Below are positions 32,637-42,557 of a stretch of 64,000 nt of DNA, one piece after another. How positions within the stretch are numbered: position 1 is the stretch's first letter; each line of letters begins with the position of its first letter. The notes under the pieces are model-generated. The model was given only the letters and a program-made list of their open reading frames with translations, was not told where the DNA came from and ran no database searches. Both the position numbers and the translations under genes were made by a program. This stretch comes from Planctomycetota bacterium (GTDB taxonomy: Bacteria > Planctomycetota > SZUA-567 > H5-PLA8), in assembly GCA_038227875.1 (NCBI GenBank), contig JBBRPR010000017.1:1-64000 (forward strand), written 5' to 3'.

Positions 32637-33458
32637 ATGTCGCGCATCGCAGAAACGTTCAAACGGCTCAAGTCTGAGAAGAAGGCCGCCTTCATTCCGT
32701 TCTTCGTCACTGGCGACCCGGATATTCAGACCACGATCGACCTGGTCCGTGCGGCGGAAGCCAGCGGCGCGGACATCGTGGAGCTCGGAGTGCCCTTCTC
32801 GGATCCCATCGCCGACGGTCCGGTGATCCAGGCGTCGTACTACCGCGCGCTTGATAAGGGATTCCGCGTCAGCCAGTTGTTTGAAATGGCCAGCGCGCTT
32901 CGCGCCGGCGGCTTGAAAATTCCGCTGGTCTGCATGGTCAGCCAGACGCTGGTCTTCAAGCGCACGCTGCCGGTCTTTCTGGAGTCCTGCAAGAAGGCGG
33001 GCTTCGACGGCCTGATCATCCCCGACCTGCCCGCTGGTTACGAAGGCGATTCCGCTGAACAGACCGCCGCGGCCGGGCTCGACCTGATTTTCCTGATCGC
33101 TCCCACGACCCTGACCGAACGCCGCTCAGTGATCGCCACGCGGTCGCGCGGATTCATTTACTACATTTCCACCACCGGCATCACCGGCGCGCGCACCACG
33201 CTGCCGCCGGATCTGGCGGAGAACATCAAGGACATCCAATCGCGCACGCAGACGCCGGTCTGTGTGGGCTTTGGCATCTCGCGGCCGGATCAGGCCTCCG
33301 CGGTTGCCGTCGCCGCCGACGGCGTGATTATTGGCAGCGCTTTGGTGAAGAAAGTCGAGGAAGCGCAGTCTCTTCAATTGGCCGGAGCGGCGCTGGTCAA
33401 TCACGTCACGGCTCTGGTAAAAGAGCTGGCGGAGGCGGCGCATCAGGTGAAACGATAA
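32637..33458 (+). CDS. trpA: Tryptophan synthase alpha chain
   Basis: ELGVPFSDPIADGPVIQ, IIPDLP, GITGAR, VGFGIS, ADGVIIGSA. Confidence 0.97.
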   Translation: MSRIAETFKRLKSEKKAAFIPFFVTGDPDIQTTIDLVRAAEASGADIVELGVPFSDPIADGPVIQASYYRALDKGFRVSQLFEMASALRAGGLKIPLVCMVSQTLVFKRTLPVFLESCKKAGFDGLIIPDLPAGYEGDSAEQTAAAGLDLIFLIAPTTLTERRSVIATRSRGFIYYISTTGITGARTTLPPDLAENIKDIQSRTQTPVCVGFGISRPDQASAVAVAADGVIIGSALVKKVEEAQSLQLAGAALVNHVTALVKELAEAAHQVKR

Positions 33459-33471
33459 CAGGAGTCGTTCG

Positions 33472-34200
33472 ATGTCCAAACATCCGCTCGGACTGGTCAC
33501 CTTTGACATCGACGACACGCTGTACTCCAGCACCGAATTTGCACACCTCGCGCGCGAGAATTCCGTCAAGGCGATGATCCAGGCCGGGCTCAAAGTCGAC
33601 CTGAAAACGGGGATGACCGAACTGCTCGAAGTCGTCGCCGAATTCTCCTCCAACGACGAACGCCACTTCGACCGGTTGCTGCAGCGCCTTCCCGTGAGCT
33701 GCCTGCAGGGCATCAATCCCGCCATCCTGATCGCCACCGGCGTCGCCGCGTACCACGACACCGTCCACGACAACCTTCAGCCTTACGAAGACGCGCTCGA
33801 AGCCTTCAAGCGGCTTTTCGCACAGCAGTACAAACTCGGCATTGTCTCTCAGGGCTACACCGTCAAGCAGGCGGAGAAAATGGTGCGGCTGCGCATCCTT
33901 CCGTATGTGGACAAGCGCGCGATTTTCTTCTCCGACCAGTTCGGCATGAGTAAGTCGAATCCCAAATTCTACGCGCGCGCCGCTGAAGCGCTCGGCGTGA
34001 AGCCGGCCCACTGCATGCACATCGGCGACCGCCCCGATCGCGACATCGACCCCGCCAACCAGGCCGGCTGGCTGACGGTCCTCAACCGCCGCACGGGCCG
34101 CTATCACGAACGTCCCGGCCAGACGCCGCCAGCCCACGTCATCCACAATTTCTGGGACCTGATCGAGATCTTCGACAAGAGCTACGAACCGGCGACGTAA
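33472..34200 (+). CDS. HAD-IA hydrolase, TIGR02253-like
   Basis: FDIDDTL, ARENSVKAMIQAGL, HFDRLL, HIGDRPDRDIDPANQAG. Confidence 0.85.
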   Translation: MSKHPLGLVTFDIDDTLYSSTEFAHLARENSVKAMIQAGLKVDLKTGMTELLEVVAEFSSNDERHFDRLLQRLPVSCLQGINPAILIATGVAAYHDTVHDNLQPYEDALEAFKRLFAQQYKLGIVSQGYTVKQAEKMVRLRILPYVDKRAIFFSDQFGMSKSNPKFYARAAEALGVKPAHCMHIGDRPDRDIDPANQAGWLTVLNRRTGRYHERPGQTPPAHVIHNFWDLIEIFDKSYEPAT

Positions 34201-34235
34201 GCGCACAGTCAAGCGCTGGCGTGTCCGGAAATGAA

Positions 34236-34263
34236 TTGACACAAGCGAGTATTACCTTATCAT
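34236..34263 (+). promoter_or_regulatory. Sigma-70 promoter of the metal-uptake operon
   Basis: TTGACA (34236-34241)-16 nt-TATCAT (34258-34263). Confidence 0.55.
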
Positions 34264-34287
34264 ACCGCACGCTCTCAAGGATGGTCC

Positions 34288-34638
34288 ATGCGTCACTCCA
34301 AGCTTGCTCCGCTTCTCGTTTGTGCTCTCGCCCACGCGCTGTGGGTCGGGTCGGCGTGGCATGCAGCACACCATCAGCATGAACTCGAGCAGCTCGCCGC
34401 GGCCGTGCAGCAGCACGAGCACGCACAGCCGCATCTCGACCTCGGCGCGGACAACGACGGACCGTGTCCGATCTGTCACGTCGGAGCACTGCACTCCGTT
34501 GCCGCCCTGCCCACGGTGCCTGTGTGGCCGCCGCTGCATGCTCAGTTTGCTCCACCGGCAGATCCTCAAACGATTCTTGCCGCGGAGCGGGTACCGCTGC
34601 CGCCCGGACGCGGACCTCCGGCGAACACCTTCGCTTAA
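34288..34638 (+). CDS. DUF2946/CruR-like His-rich leader protein with CxxC and C-terminal RGPP motif
   Basis: Hydrophobic N-terminus, HAAHHQH, CPICH, Pro-rich linker, PPGRGPP near the stop; first gene of the operon. Confidence 0.75.
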   Translation: MRHSKLAPLLVCALAHALWVGSAWHAAHHQHELEQLAAAVQQHEHAQPHLDLGADNDGPCPICHVGALHSVAALPTVPVWPPLHAQFAPPADPQTILAAERVPLPPGRGPPANTFA

Positions 34639-34797
34639 GCCGCACTTCCTCTCCTGACTTTTTTGCGCTGCTGACGCGCTGTCGCGTCGCGCGTTCGCCA
34701 TAGTGCCGCTCCATGTGGAGCGCGGCGCGGCGGAATTCCGCAGGCCGGACGCCTGCATCACACTATTTGGTTCTGACACAGAAAGTGAGGCACCCTC

Positions 34798-36165
34798 ATG
34801 CGCTTTCGCGGCGTGTTTTGGGTTGTAATCGGAGCATTGGCGCTGACCGGAAGGGTCAGCGCGGAAGAGCTTGGACCGCAGCTTCATGTATTGCAGACGC
34901 GGGTTGATGCACTTTTGAAAACGGTGGCCAGCCAGGCGAATAAAATTGACGAACAGCGCGCGCGCATCGATCAGCAGGACCAGGCGCTCCAGCGCATGGT
35001 CCAATCGGCGCCAATCGCTCCAGATGCGGTGCTGGCGCGGATTGAACGCGCGGACGCACAATCGGCGCAGGCAATCAAGATCGCCAGCCGCAAGAAGCCC
35101 AACGAACTGAACATGTCGATCGGCGCGGCCATCGACACGAGCTACAGCTTTTTCGACGGACCGAAGTCCGACGCCAACGGCCGCGCGGCGGGCAGCGACT
35201 TTGCCGTGCGCGGAGCGGAGTTGGTTTTCTATACCGATGTCGATCCGTATTTCAAAACGTACATGGTTCTGAACGCCACGCCGGACCCGAAGAATAACGA
35301 CGAGGCCGTGCCGTCGCTGGAAGAGGCGGCGATCATGACGACGTCGCTTTCGTACGCGCAGGTCAAGGGCGGGCGCTTTTTTCTGCCGTTCGGGCGCCTG
35401 TCGATGATCCACGATCACGATCTGCCATTCACCACGCGTCCGCCGTCGCTCGACCATTATGTCGGCGGCGAGAGCTCCGGGGATGGCGTCCAGGTTCAGG
35501 CGCTGCTGCCGATCAGTCATTTCCTGCAGATCACCGGCGGCGCGTTTAACAAAGTCGGCGCGGAAACGCCGCTCACGAACACCGTCGGCAACCGCCGCGA
35601 TGGCAATGAGCTTTCGTATTTCGCCAAGGCGCTAACAAGCTTCGATATTGGCACCGACCATACGATCGAGTGGGGTGTTTCGAGCGTTCAAAATCCGGCG
35701 ACGGAAACGCGGCGCGATCTGCTCGACATGGAGCTCACTTACAAGTGGCATCCATCCGGTTCGCCACTGCGCGAGCGGCTGGTGTGGGGCACGGAAATTC
35801 TCCGCGAAGACTTGCGCACTCAATTTCATGCGGCACCCGCTGGGGATCCTCTGGACGACTCGATTGCACAGGGCGCTGCACGCCGTGGCTACGGCGGGTA
35901 CACGTACGCCGAATATTTTCTGAATCGCAACTGGTCGCTCGGCCCGCGCGTCGACCTGTTCGAAAACGTCGATCCACAAATCGTCAGCAAGCGCACGTAC
36001 GACCAGACCTACACGGCGTTTCTCTCCTACAAATTCAGCGAGTTCAGCCGGCTCCGGTTTGAGTACGACCGGCAGTATCTTTTCGACGGGCGCTCCGCAA
36101 ATCAATTCTACCTGCAGTGGACCGTATTCTGGGGAGCCCACACCCACAGTTTTGAGCAGCGCTGA
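34798..36165 (+). CDS. Outer-membrane beta-barrel associated with metal uptake
   Basis: Signal peptide, coiled coil, ELVFYTDVDPYF, LEEA, GRFFLPFGRL..H.HD, SEFSRLR, C-terminal WGAHTHSF. Confidence 0.8.
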   Translation: MRFRGVFWVVIGALALTGRVSAEELGPQLHVLQTRVDALLKTVASQANKIDEQRARIDQQDQALQRMVQSAPIAPDAVLARIERADAQSAQAIKIASRKKPNELNMSIGAAIDTSYSFFDGPKSDANGRAAGSDFAVRGAELVFYTDVDPYFKTYMVLNATPDPKNNDEAVPSLEEAAIMTTSLSYAQVKGGRFFLPFGRLSMIHDHDLPFTTRPPSLDHYVGGESSGDGVQVQALLPISHFLQITGGAFNKVGAETPLTNTVGNRRDGNELSYFAKALTSFDIGTDHTIEWGVSSVQNPATETRRDLLDMELTYKWHPSGSPLRERLVWGTEILREDLRTQFHAAPAGDPLDDSIAQGAARRGYGGYTYAEYFLNRNWSLGPRVDLFENVDPQIVSKRTYDQTYTAFLSYKFSEFSRLRFEYDRQYLFDGRSANQFYLQWTVFWGAHTHSFEQR

Positions 36166-36211
36166 TGGTGTCACGAACGTCACCCACAACCCCGTGAAAG
36201 GAATTTGAATC

Positions 36212-37117
36212 ATGAAACTCAATTGTTCGTTGATCGCAATTTTGATCTGGTGTTCGACCCTGCATGCCGCCGATCCGCTGAATGTCATCGCGTCGATCCC
36301 CGACTTCGCCGAGATCGCACGCGAGATCGGAGGCGCTCACGTTTCAGTTGAGAGCATCGCGCGCGGCGTTGAAGATCCACACGGTGTGCCCGTGCGCGCC
36401 AGTATCGCGGCGAAACTCGCGCGTGCCGATGCGCTGATCGAAATGGGATTGGGCATGGAACACGCATGGCTGCCGGCGCTGATTGACGCGTCGAACAATC
36501 CGAAACTGCGCGGCGATGGCGACATCCAGGCCAGCGAAGGCATTACCCCCAAGGATGTCCCGCTGGTCGTCGGCCGCACCGAAGGCGAACAACACGCCGA
36601 GGGCAACCCGCACTTCAATGTGGGACCGGATTGCGGCCGGACCTTTGCGAAAAATATCGCGTCGGGTTTTAAAAAATTATCTCCGAAATACGCATCGGAC
36701 TTCGAAGCGAATTTGAATAAGTATCTGGAGAAACTCGCGAAGAAGGAAATCGAATGGCAGGCCGCCGCCAAAAAACTGAAGGGTGTGAAATTCATTTCCT
36801 ACCATCCTGACATGGTTTACTTCGCGGATTTCCTGGGCATGGAGCAGCTCGGCACGCTGGAGCCCAAGCCCGGCATCCCGCCCTCGGCCAGCCACACGGC
36901 CGATCTGATCGCCCTGATGAAAGCCCAGCACGCGCAGTTGATTCTGCGCGAGCCGCAATATTCCGACGACCTGCCGCGTGAAATTGCCGCCCAGACCGGC
37001 GCCAAAGTCGTCACCATCGCGATCATGGTCAACGGCGGGCCCGGCGCGAAAACGTGGATCGACATGATCGACACAAATATCAAGTCGCTCATGGGGGCGC
37101 TCGACGCGAAACCATGA
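36212..37117 (+). CDS. Metal ABC transporter substrate-binding protein (ZnuA/TroA family)
   Basis: EDPH, HAEGNPH, SYH, LEPKPGIPPSASH. Confidence 0.9.
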   Translation: MKLNCSLIAILIWCSTLHAADPLNVIASIPDFAEIAREIGGAHVSVESIARGVEDPHGVPVRASIAAKLARADALIEMGLGMEHAWLPALIDASNNPKLRGDGDIQASEGITPKDVPLVVGRTEGEQHAEGNPHFNVGPDCGRTFAKNIASGFKKLSPKYASDFEANLNKYLEKLAKKEIEWQAAAKKLKGVKFISYHPDMVYFADFLGMEQLGTLEPKPGIPPSASHTADLIALMKAQHAQLILREPQYSDDLPREIAAQTGAKVVTIAIMVNGGPGAKTWIDMIDTNIKSLMGALDAKP

Positions 37118-37986
37118 ACAAACTCCTCGAGATGCTCAGCCCTGCGTTTGTGCTCCGCAATTCGCTCTATGGCAGCGTGCTGCTGGGTGCCTGCGTGCCG
37201 CTGGTCGGCGTGTTTCTCCTGATCGGCCGGCGCACGATCCTGGCGCTCGCGCTGCCGCAGGTCAGCACATTGGGTGTTGCCGCGGCGGTGTGGCTGCTGA
37301 CGTTCTGCGGCGTGCGTTTGCATCGCGGCGATTCACCGTTGCCCATCGTGGCGATGTTCGGCGGCGCCATTGCCGCAATGGCGGCCGTGCTGCTCTGGCA
37401 GTTCGTGCTGGAGAAACGCGTGACTCGGTCCGAAGACGCGGACCTCGGCGCGACGTATGCGGTCGCGTCGGGGCTCACGCTGGCGCTGGCGGCAAGCAAT
37501 TTCGTGCCAGAACTTGGACTGCTCGACACGCTTCGCGGTGAAGTTCTGGCGCTGCCGTCGCTGCTGCTCTGGGTGGAATGCGCCGGATTCGCATGCATCG
37601 GTGTGGTGCTGCTGGCGTTCGCGTGTCCGCTGCAGTCGGTACTCTACGACCGCACGCAGGCCTGGGCTTCCGGGTTGCCGGTGGATTTTCTCGCGGGGCT
37701 GACCACGGCGGTGATCGCGGTCACCATCGCGCTGGGTGGATTGTGCGCGGGACCCTTAACCGTCTTTGCGTTTCTCGTGCTGCCGTCGGTCGCAATGCTG
37801 CCGCACGTCCGTCATTTAAAAACGCTGTACGTCTGCTCTGCGTTGACGGGAATCGTCTGCGCGTTTGGCGGGTTCTGGATCTCGTACGCGATTGAGGATT
37901 GGACGCTGCCGATCCCCGCCGCGCAGATTGCGCTGCTGGGACTGGTCTGGCTGGTCAGCCGATTACTGTCGCTGGCACGCGGATGA
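37114..37986 (+). CDS. Metal ABC transporter permease (ABC-3/ZnuB-like)
   Basis: Multi-TM; PLVGVFL..RR...ALALPQ, GPLTVFAFLVLP; ATGA overlap with the binding-protein gene. Confidence 0.85.
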   Translation: MNKLLEMLSPAFVLRNSLYGSVLLGACVPLVGVFLLIGRRTILALALPQVSTLGVAAAVWLLTFCGVRLHRGDSPLPIVAMFGGAIAAMAAVLLWQFVLEKRVTRSEDADLGATYAVASGLTLALAASNFVPELGLLDTLRGEVLALPSLLLWVECAGFACIGVVLLAFACPLQSVLYDRTQAWASGLPVDFLAGLTTAVIAVTIALGGLCAGPLTVFAFLVLPSVAMLPHVRHLKTLYVCSALTGIVCAFGGFWISYAIEDWTLPIPAAQIALLGLVWLVSRLLSLARG

Positions 37987-38144
37987 AGGAGTCGGCAATT
38001 CCGTCTGCATGTCTGAAATTCCAATCAACTGTCCTGATCCGCTCTCAAATCCCGCTGGAACAAATCGATATAGAAAGTGTAGTACGGTTCGTACAAGTGA
38101 ATGGAATCCGGACACGCGCCATGGATGGCGCAAGGAGCGGCAAG

Positions 38145-38477
38145 ATGTATCTCGACGAATTGGTTATCGAAAAGAATCACAAGTGTTCCACCGACGGCGT
38201 GCAGTTCCGCCTGAACGGTTGCGTGAACGCGAACACCTATCACAAACTCGAAGGCGCGATCTTCGATGCATTCGACAAGGGCCGCTACAACGTCGAACTG
38301 CATCTCGGCGGCGTTCAGTACATGACCTCGGCCGGAGCCGGAGTGCTGATCAACGCGCGCTGCGAAGCGACCAAGAACCACGGCGAAGTCGTGCTCGTCA
38401 GCGCCTCCAGCCACGTCCACGAAGTGCTCGACCTGCTCGGACTGACGGATCTGTTTCCGATTGACCGGACGCGCTAA
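38145..38477 (+). CDS. STAS-domain anti-sigma factor antagonist
   Basis: SD AAGGAG; VQYMTSAGAGVLI with the phosphorylatable Ser, VHEVLDLLGL. Confidence 0.85.
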   Translation: MYLDELVIEKNHKCSTDGVQFRLNGCVNANTYHKLEGAIFDAFDKGRYNVELHLGGVQYMTSAGAGVLINARCEATKNHGEVVLVSASSHVHEVLDLLGLTDLFPIDRTR

Positions 38478-38518
38478 ATCGACTGTGACGCGTCGCCTCG
38501 CATCGCTACGATGCAGTC

Positions 38519-39700
38519 ATGAACGACGCTCGCGATCCGCGCCTGCTTCCGCAGGCGCTGTATGTCCACCTCCCATTCTGCACCGCCATTTGCACGTACT
38601 GCGACTTCGCGGTGGAACGTTACGCGGCCGCGCGGGCGGTCCGGTACCTCGATGCGCTCGAACGTGAGCTGCACACCCGCACCGCGGCGCTGGGCTTGAG
38701 TGAACGCTTCGCACCCCGCACCATTTTTCTCGGCGGCGGAACTCCTACGGCGTTCAACATTCCCGAACTGCAACGCTTCTTCGAGATTCTCGAACGGGAC
38801 GTGGACACGAGCCGCACGGTCGAATTCACCATCGAAGCCAACCCCGGCACCGTCGACGACGCGAAGCTTCGCTTTCTGCTCGAACATGGCGTGACGCGCC
38901 TGAGTCTCGGCGTGCAATCGTTCCAGCCGCATCTCCTGCAACTGCTCGGGCGTGTCCACGGCGCCGACCAGGGTCCGGAAGCGATCTCCTCGGCGCGCGC
39001 GGCGGGCTTCAAAAATGTCTCCATCGACTTGATGCACGGCCTGCCGCAGCAGACGCCGGAGAAACTGCGCAACGATTTGCAACGCGCCATCGCGCTCGGC
39101 ACCGATCACATCTCCGCCTACAGCATCATGTACGAAGACGGCACGCCACTGGCGAACGCGGTGACGCGCGGTCTGGTCACGCCGCTCACGCCCGAAGAGG
39201 AAGCGGCCCATTTTCAGACGGTGATGGAGACGATCGAGAGCGCCGGGTGGACGCAGTACGAAGTCAGCAACTTCGCGCGGCCGGGGTTTGAATCGGAACA
39301 CAACTTGATCTACTGGCGCAACGAAGCATATCTCGGGGTCGGCGTCGGATCGGCCAGTTCGATCGGCGGAGAACGGAACGTGAATCATGATTCCGTGGAC
39401 GACTACATTCGCGACGCGATGAGCTCGGGGCTCGCCATTGCTTCGCGGGAGCGCTTGGATCCGGTCGCGCGCGCGGGCGAGGCACTGATGCTGGAGTGGC
39501 GGCTGCGGCGCGGCGTAAACCTCGCGGAGTTTGCGGCGCGGTGGGGTGTGGATCTGTTTGACGGCGCGGACAAATCCCGTTCCGAATCGCTGGAGCGGTA
39601 TCTGCGCGAGGGACTGATGGAGCGCTTGCCGGACGGGCGAATTCGGATCAGCCGGCGCGGCTTGCCAGTTTCTGACGGCATTCTCGCGGATTTCGTGTAA
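38519..39700 (+). CDS. hemW: Radical SAM heme chaperone HemW
   Basis: LYVHLPFCTAICTYCDF, GGGTPT, YEVSNFA, HNLIYW. Confidence 0.92.
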   Translation: MNDARDPRLLPQALYVHLPFCTAICTYCDFAVERYAAARAVRYLDALERELHTRTAALGLSERFAPRTIFLGGGTPTAFNIPELQRFFEILERDVDTSRTVEFTIEANPGTVDDAKLRFLLEHGVTRLSLGVQSFQPHLLQLLGRVHGADQGPEAISSARAAGFKNVSIDLMHGLPQQTPEKLRNDLQRAIALGTDHISAYSIMYEDGTPLANAVTRGLVTPLTPEEEAAHFQTVMETIESAGWTQYEVSNFARPGFESEHNLIYWRNEAYLGVGVGSASSIGGERNVNHDSVDDYIRDAMSSGLAIASRERLDPVARAGEALMLEWRLRRGVNLAEFAARWGVDLFDGADKSRSESLERYLREGLMERLPDGRIRISRRGLPVSDGILADFV

Positions 39701-39747
39701 TATAAGGGGGAATTGCGCGTCTTTTTGAGCACCAACCCGGGAGTTCG

Positions 39748-42552
39748 ATGCCTTTGACGGGCCCGATTCCTCGCTTCGTTTCGAAATCGCCGCAGCGCAT
39801 GCTGCTCGTGCTGGTTCACGTCGTTCTCGCATGCGCTTGCGCGAGCTTGGCGCGGGCTTCCGATGCTGAAATTCCAGTTACGACCGCCGGCGAAGGCGTG
39901 CCGATCGTCCAACCCGTACCTGAAAATCCACCGTCGAAAACGCCACTCCATTCCAACGATCCACTGCTCTCCATTGTCGATCGTTTACACGAAACGAAAA
40001 AGGACGATGCGGAATCGGCGGACGTCGTGGAACTCGGCGACGGCCCCGATGTGCTGCCAACGCTGACGACGGGCAAGTGGGATGTCGCCAGCGAAGAAGC
40101 GGCTCCGCCGGGCGTCACCCGCGATGCGGAGACCCCCGCGCCGCATCACACCGCGAACGATCCGGAATTCGTGCGCGCGCCTCTGGCCGACGACGGCGAA
40201 CCGGTGGAAGAACCGCACGCAGCGAAGGCCAAAACGTTCTCGCCCGCGCCCAACGATCCTGAAGTTCCCTGGCGCCTGTTGCCGGTGCCTCACGACGAAC
40301 CCGACGAGAGCGTGGCCGAAGCGCCGCACGTGCATGGCGAACGCGCGGCAGTGACGCTCGACCGCCCACGATTCCGCAGCGGAGAGGGACTCGACAGCAA
40401 CGCAGCGGAGATTGTCTCCGAGATGGCCTTGCGCGCGCGACAGAAGGAAGAAGCGGCGAAGGCCGAAGGCTCGCCCGACGCGCCGGTTTCGGCGCTGGAG
40501 CGCGCGCAGCAGGAAGTCGCGGCCGCGGAGAACAAGCCGGCGGCTCCGGTGGCACCGCCCACGGACGGCGAAAAGCCCGGTGCGAAAAAGAAGAACGAAA
40601 AGAATGACAAAAATGGGAAGAAGGGCGAGAAGAAACTCGATCCCGAACAGGAATACAACGAGCTGATCAAAAAGATCGACGAAGACAAACCGCGTCAGGA
40701 AAAGCTGATGGAAGCGGCGCGCAAGGAAGCCGACGAGCGGATGTCCAAGTTCGGCGACTTCCGCAAACGCGACGAACGCGCGGCGATGGTGCTGGACGTG
40801 CTCAGCCGCAAGGCGGAACTCAGCCGCCTCTCCGGCCGGATCATCGACGCGTTTACCAAGCTGCCGGTCTGCGCGCGGGTTCGCCTCACTGACATGACCG
40901 ATCTTTCTGTCGACGCCGTGCTGCCCGAAGGATTCTGGACCACGGGCGAATTCACCGCGCAGCCGCTGACGGGGTTGTCAAAAATTGAAATCACGCGCGG
41001 GCGCTTCCGGCCGACGTACGTCGAACGCGTCGAAACGAAAAAAGCCGTGATCACGCCCTTCGAAAAAGCGGTCGCCTGCCCACCCGGCTACGATTTCGCG
41101 GCGAAGGGCTGGTACCTCGCCGATCTGAATCTGGGCGTGCAATGCCAGCGCCGCGAGAGCCCGGTCTGGCTGGGTGCCAAGCCAGCGCTGGTCGATCTCG
41201 TCCGCATGGCCCAGGCCGAAAATGTGCAGATCGTAGGTGTGCCCGCGCCGTGGGGCGACGGCAACGACGCCAACGATCCGGCGGTGCTGAAAAGCTTCCC
41301 CAACGCCAACGTGCTCCTGTTGCCGGTCTTCCGGGGTCCAGAGCATCCGTTCCACGGCACGGCGATGGGGCTGGGCATGCGCACGAGCAAGGGTCTGCCC
41401 TCGGAACTCAGCGATCCGGAAATTCCGCTGCGTGAAACGTTCGAAGAAATCCGCGCGCGGGGCGGCTTGAGCGTCTATTCGAATCTCGGCGGCACCCGTG
41501 TGGCCAACATCCGCAGCGAAATCTTCCCACTCTTCCCGCGCCTGGAAGCCTCAAACTACTTCGGCACCAACGACGGGTTGGCGCACCTTTACGCGGCCAA
41601 CGAACTGCCCTTCGACACCGTCGCCGGACCGGCGTACGACCTTTTGGAATTCGACGGCTCCGAGCAGGCCGAGCGCCTCTGGTACAATCTGCTCGATCAT
41701 GGGTATTCAGTCTCCATCATTGGGGCGGGCGGGGGGAGCATCCAGGGCGGACGGATTCCGTTTGGTCAGACTCTGATCAAGCTGCCCTCCAAGCCGACCA
41801 TTCCGAACGTGCTCGACGCGATCAAGGCGGGGCGCACGGTGGTCTCGTTTGGGCCGGCGGTCTTCTGCAAAATTGCCGAACGCGACATGGGACCCGGCTC
41901 GATTCTGCCCGCCGACGGCCGCGCGCTGACGCTTCAAGTGCAGGCCTTCGCGTCGCTCGCGCGCGACATGCAGCTCGACAAGATCGAAGTCATCCGCAAC
42001 GGCGTCATCGTCCACACGCACTCGGCCAACGATGGCGAAACGGAAATCCACCAGATGTCTCTGCCCGTCCGCGAAACGTCGTCGGCATGGTACGTCGTGC
42101 GGGTCACGGAGCGGACGACCAAGCGCGAACCCGACCAGAAAGTCACGACCGCTTGGACCAGCCCGATCTTCTTCCGCGGCGCCGCCTACTCGCCGCCCGC
42201 GCCGGCGCGTTCGAAGATCTCCGGCGTGCTGCGCATTGGCCAGACTCCGGTTGCCGGAACCGTGAAGGCGGTGGTGCCGGGCCAGCCCGACAAAACTGTC
42301 GCGACGGACGCCAACGGCCGCTTCACCATCGAACTGGCTTCGGCCGGCACGCTGATTTTCGAAGCACCGCACGCCGAGCCCCTGGCCAAGCGTGTTTTCG
42401 AGCACCCGAAAGTTCAACGCGCCATCGGCGCGCTGCAGAGCGACCGAGACGGCAAGCTCAGCGCCCAATTCGCGCGTCCGGCTCTGTTCGGTGCGTGGAG
42501 TTTGCTGCTCTCGGAGCTCGATTGGGACGTGTCGTTGCAGCCGAAAGACTGA
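39748..42552 (+). CDS. Secreted CehA/McbA-like (PHP-like) protein with long disordered N-terminus; start uncertain
   Basis: GWYLADL, WYNLLDHG, DAIKAGRTVVSFGP, IEVIRNG, WYVVRV, AWTSPIF. Confidence 0.6.
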   Translation: MPLTGPIPRFVSKSPQRMLLVLVHVVLACACASLARASDAEIPVTTAGEGVPIVQPVPENPPSKTPLHSNDPLLSIVDRLHETKKDDAESADVVELGDGPDVLPTLTTGKWDVASEEAAPPGVTRDAETPAPHHTANDPEFVRAPLADDGEPVEEPHAAKAKTFSPAPNDPEVPWRLLPVPHDEPDESVAEAPHVHGERAAVTLDRPRFRSGEGLDSNAAEIVSEMALRARQKEEAAKAEGSPDAPVSALERAQQEVAAAENKPAAPVAPPTDGEKPGAKKKNEKNDKNGKKGEKKLDPEQEYNELIKKIDEDKPRQEKLMEAARKEADERMSKFGDFRKRDERAAMVLDVLSRKAELSRLSGRIIDAFTKLPVCARVRLTDMTDLSVDAVLPEGFWTTGEFTAQPLTGLSKIEITRGRFRPTYVERVETKKAVITPFEKAVACPPGYDFAAKGWYLADLNLGVQCQRRESPVWLGAKPALVDLVRMAQAENVQIVGVPAPWGDGNDANDPAVLKSFPNANVLLLPVFRGPEHPFHGTAMGLGMRTSKGLPSELSDPEIPLRETFEEIRARGGLSVYSNLGGTRVANIRSEIFPLFPRLEASNYFGTNDGLAHLYAANELPFDTVAGPAYDLLEFDGSEQAERLWYNLLDHGYSVSIIGAGGGSIQGGRIPFGQTLIKLPSKPTIPNVLDAIKAGRTVVSFGPAVFCKIAERDMGPGSILPADGRALTLQVQAFASLARDMQLDKIEVIRNGVIVHTHSANDGETEIHQMSLPVRETSSAWYVVRVTERTTKREPDQKVTTAWTSPIFFRGAAYSPPAPARSKISGVLRIGQTPVAGTVKAVVPGQPDKTVATDANGRFTIELASAGTLIFEAPHAEPLAKRVFEHPKVQRAIGALQSDRDGKLSAQFARPALFGAWSLLLSELDWDVSLQPKD

Positions 42553-42557
42553 GAAGG

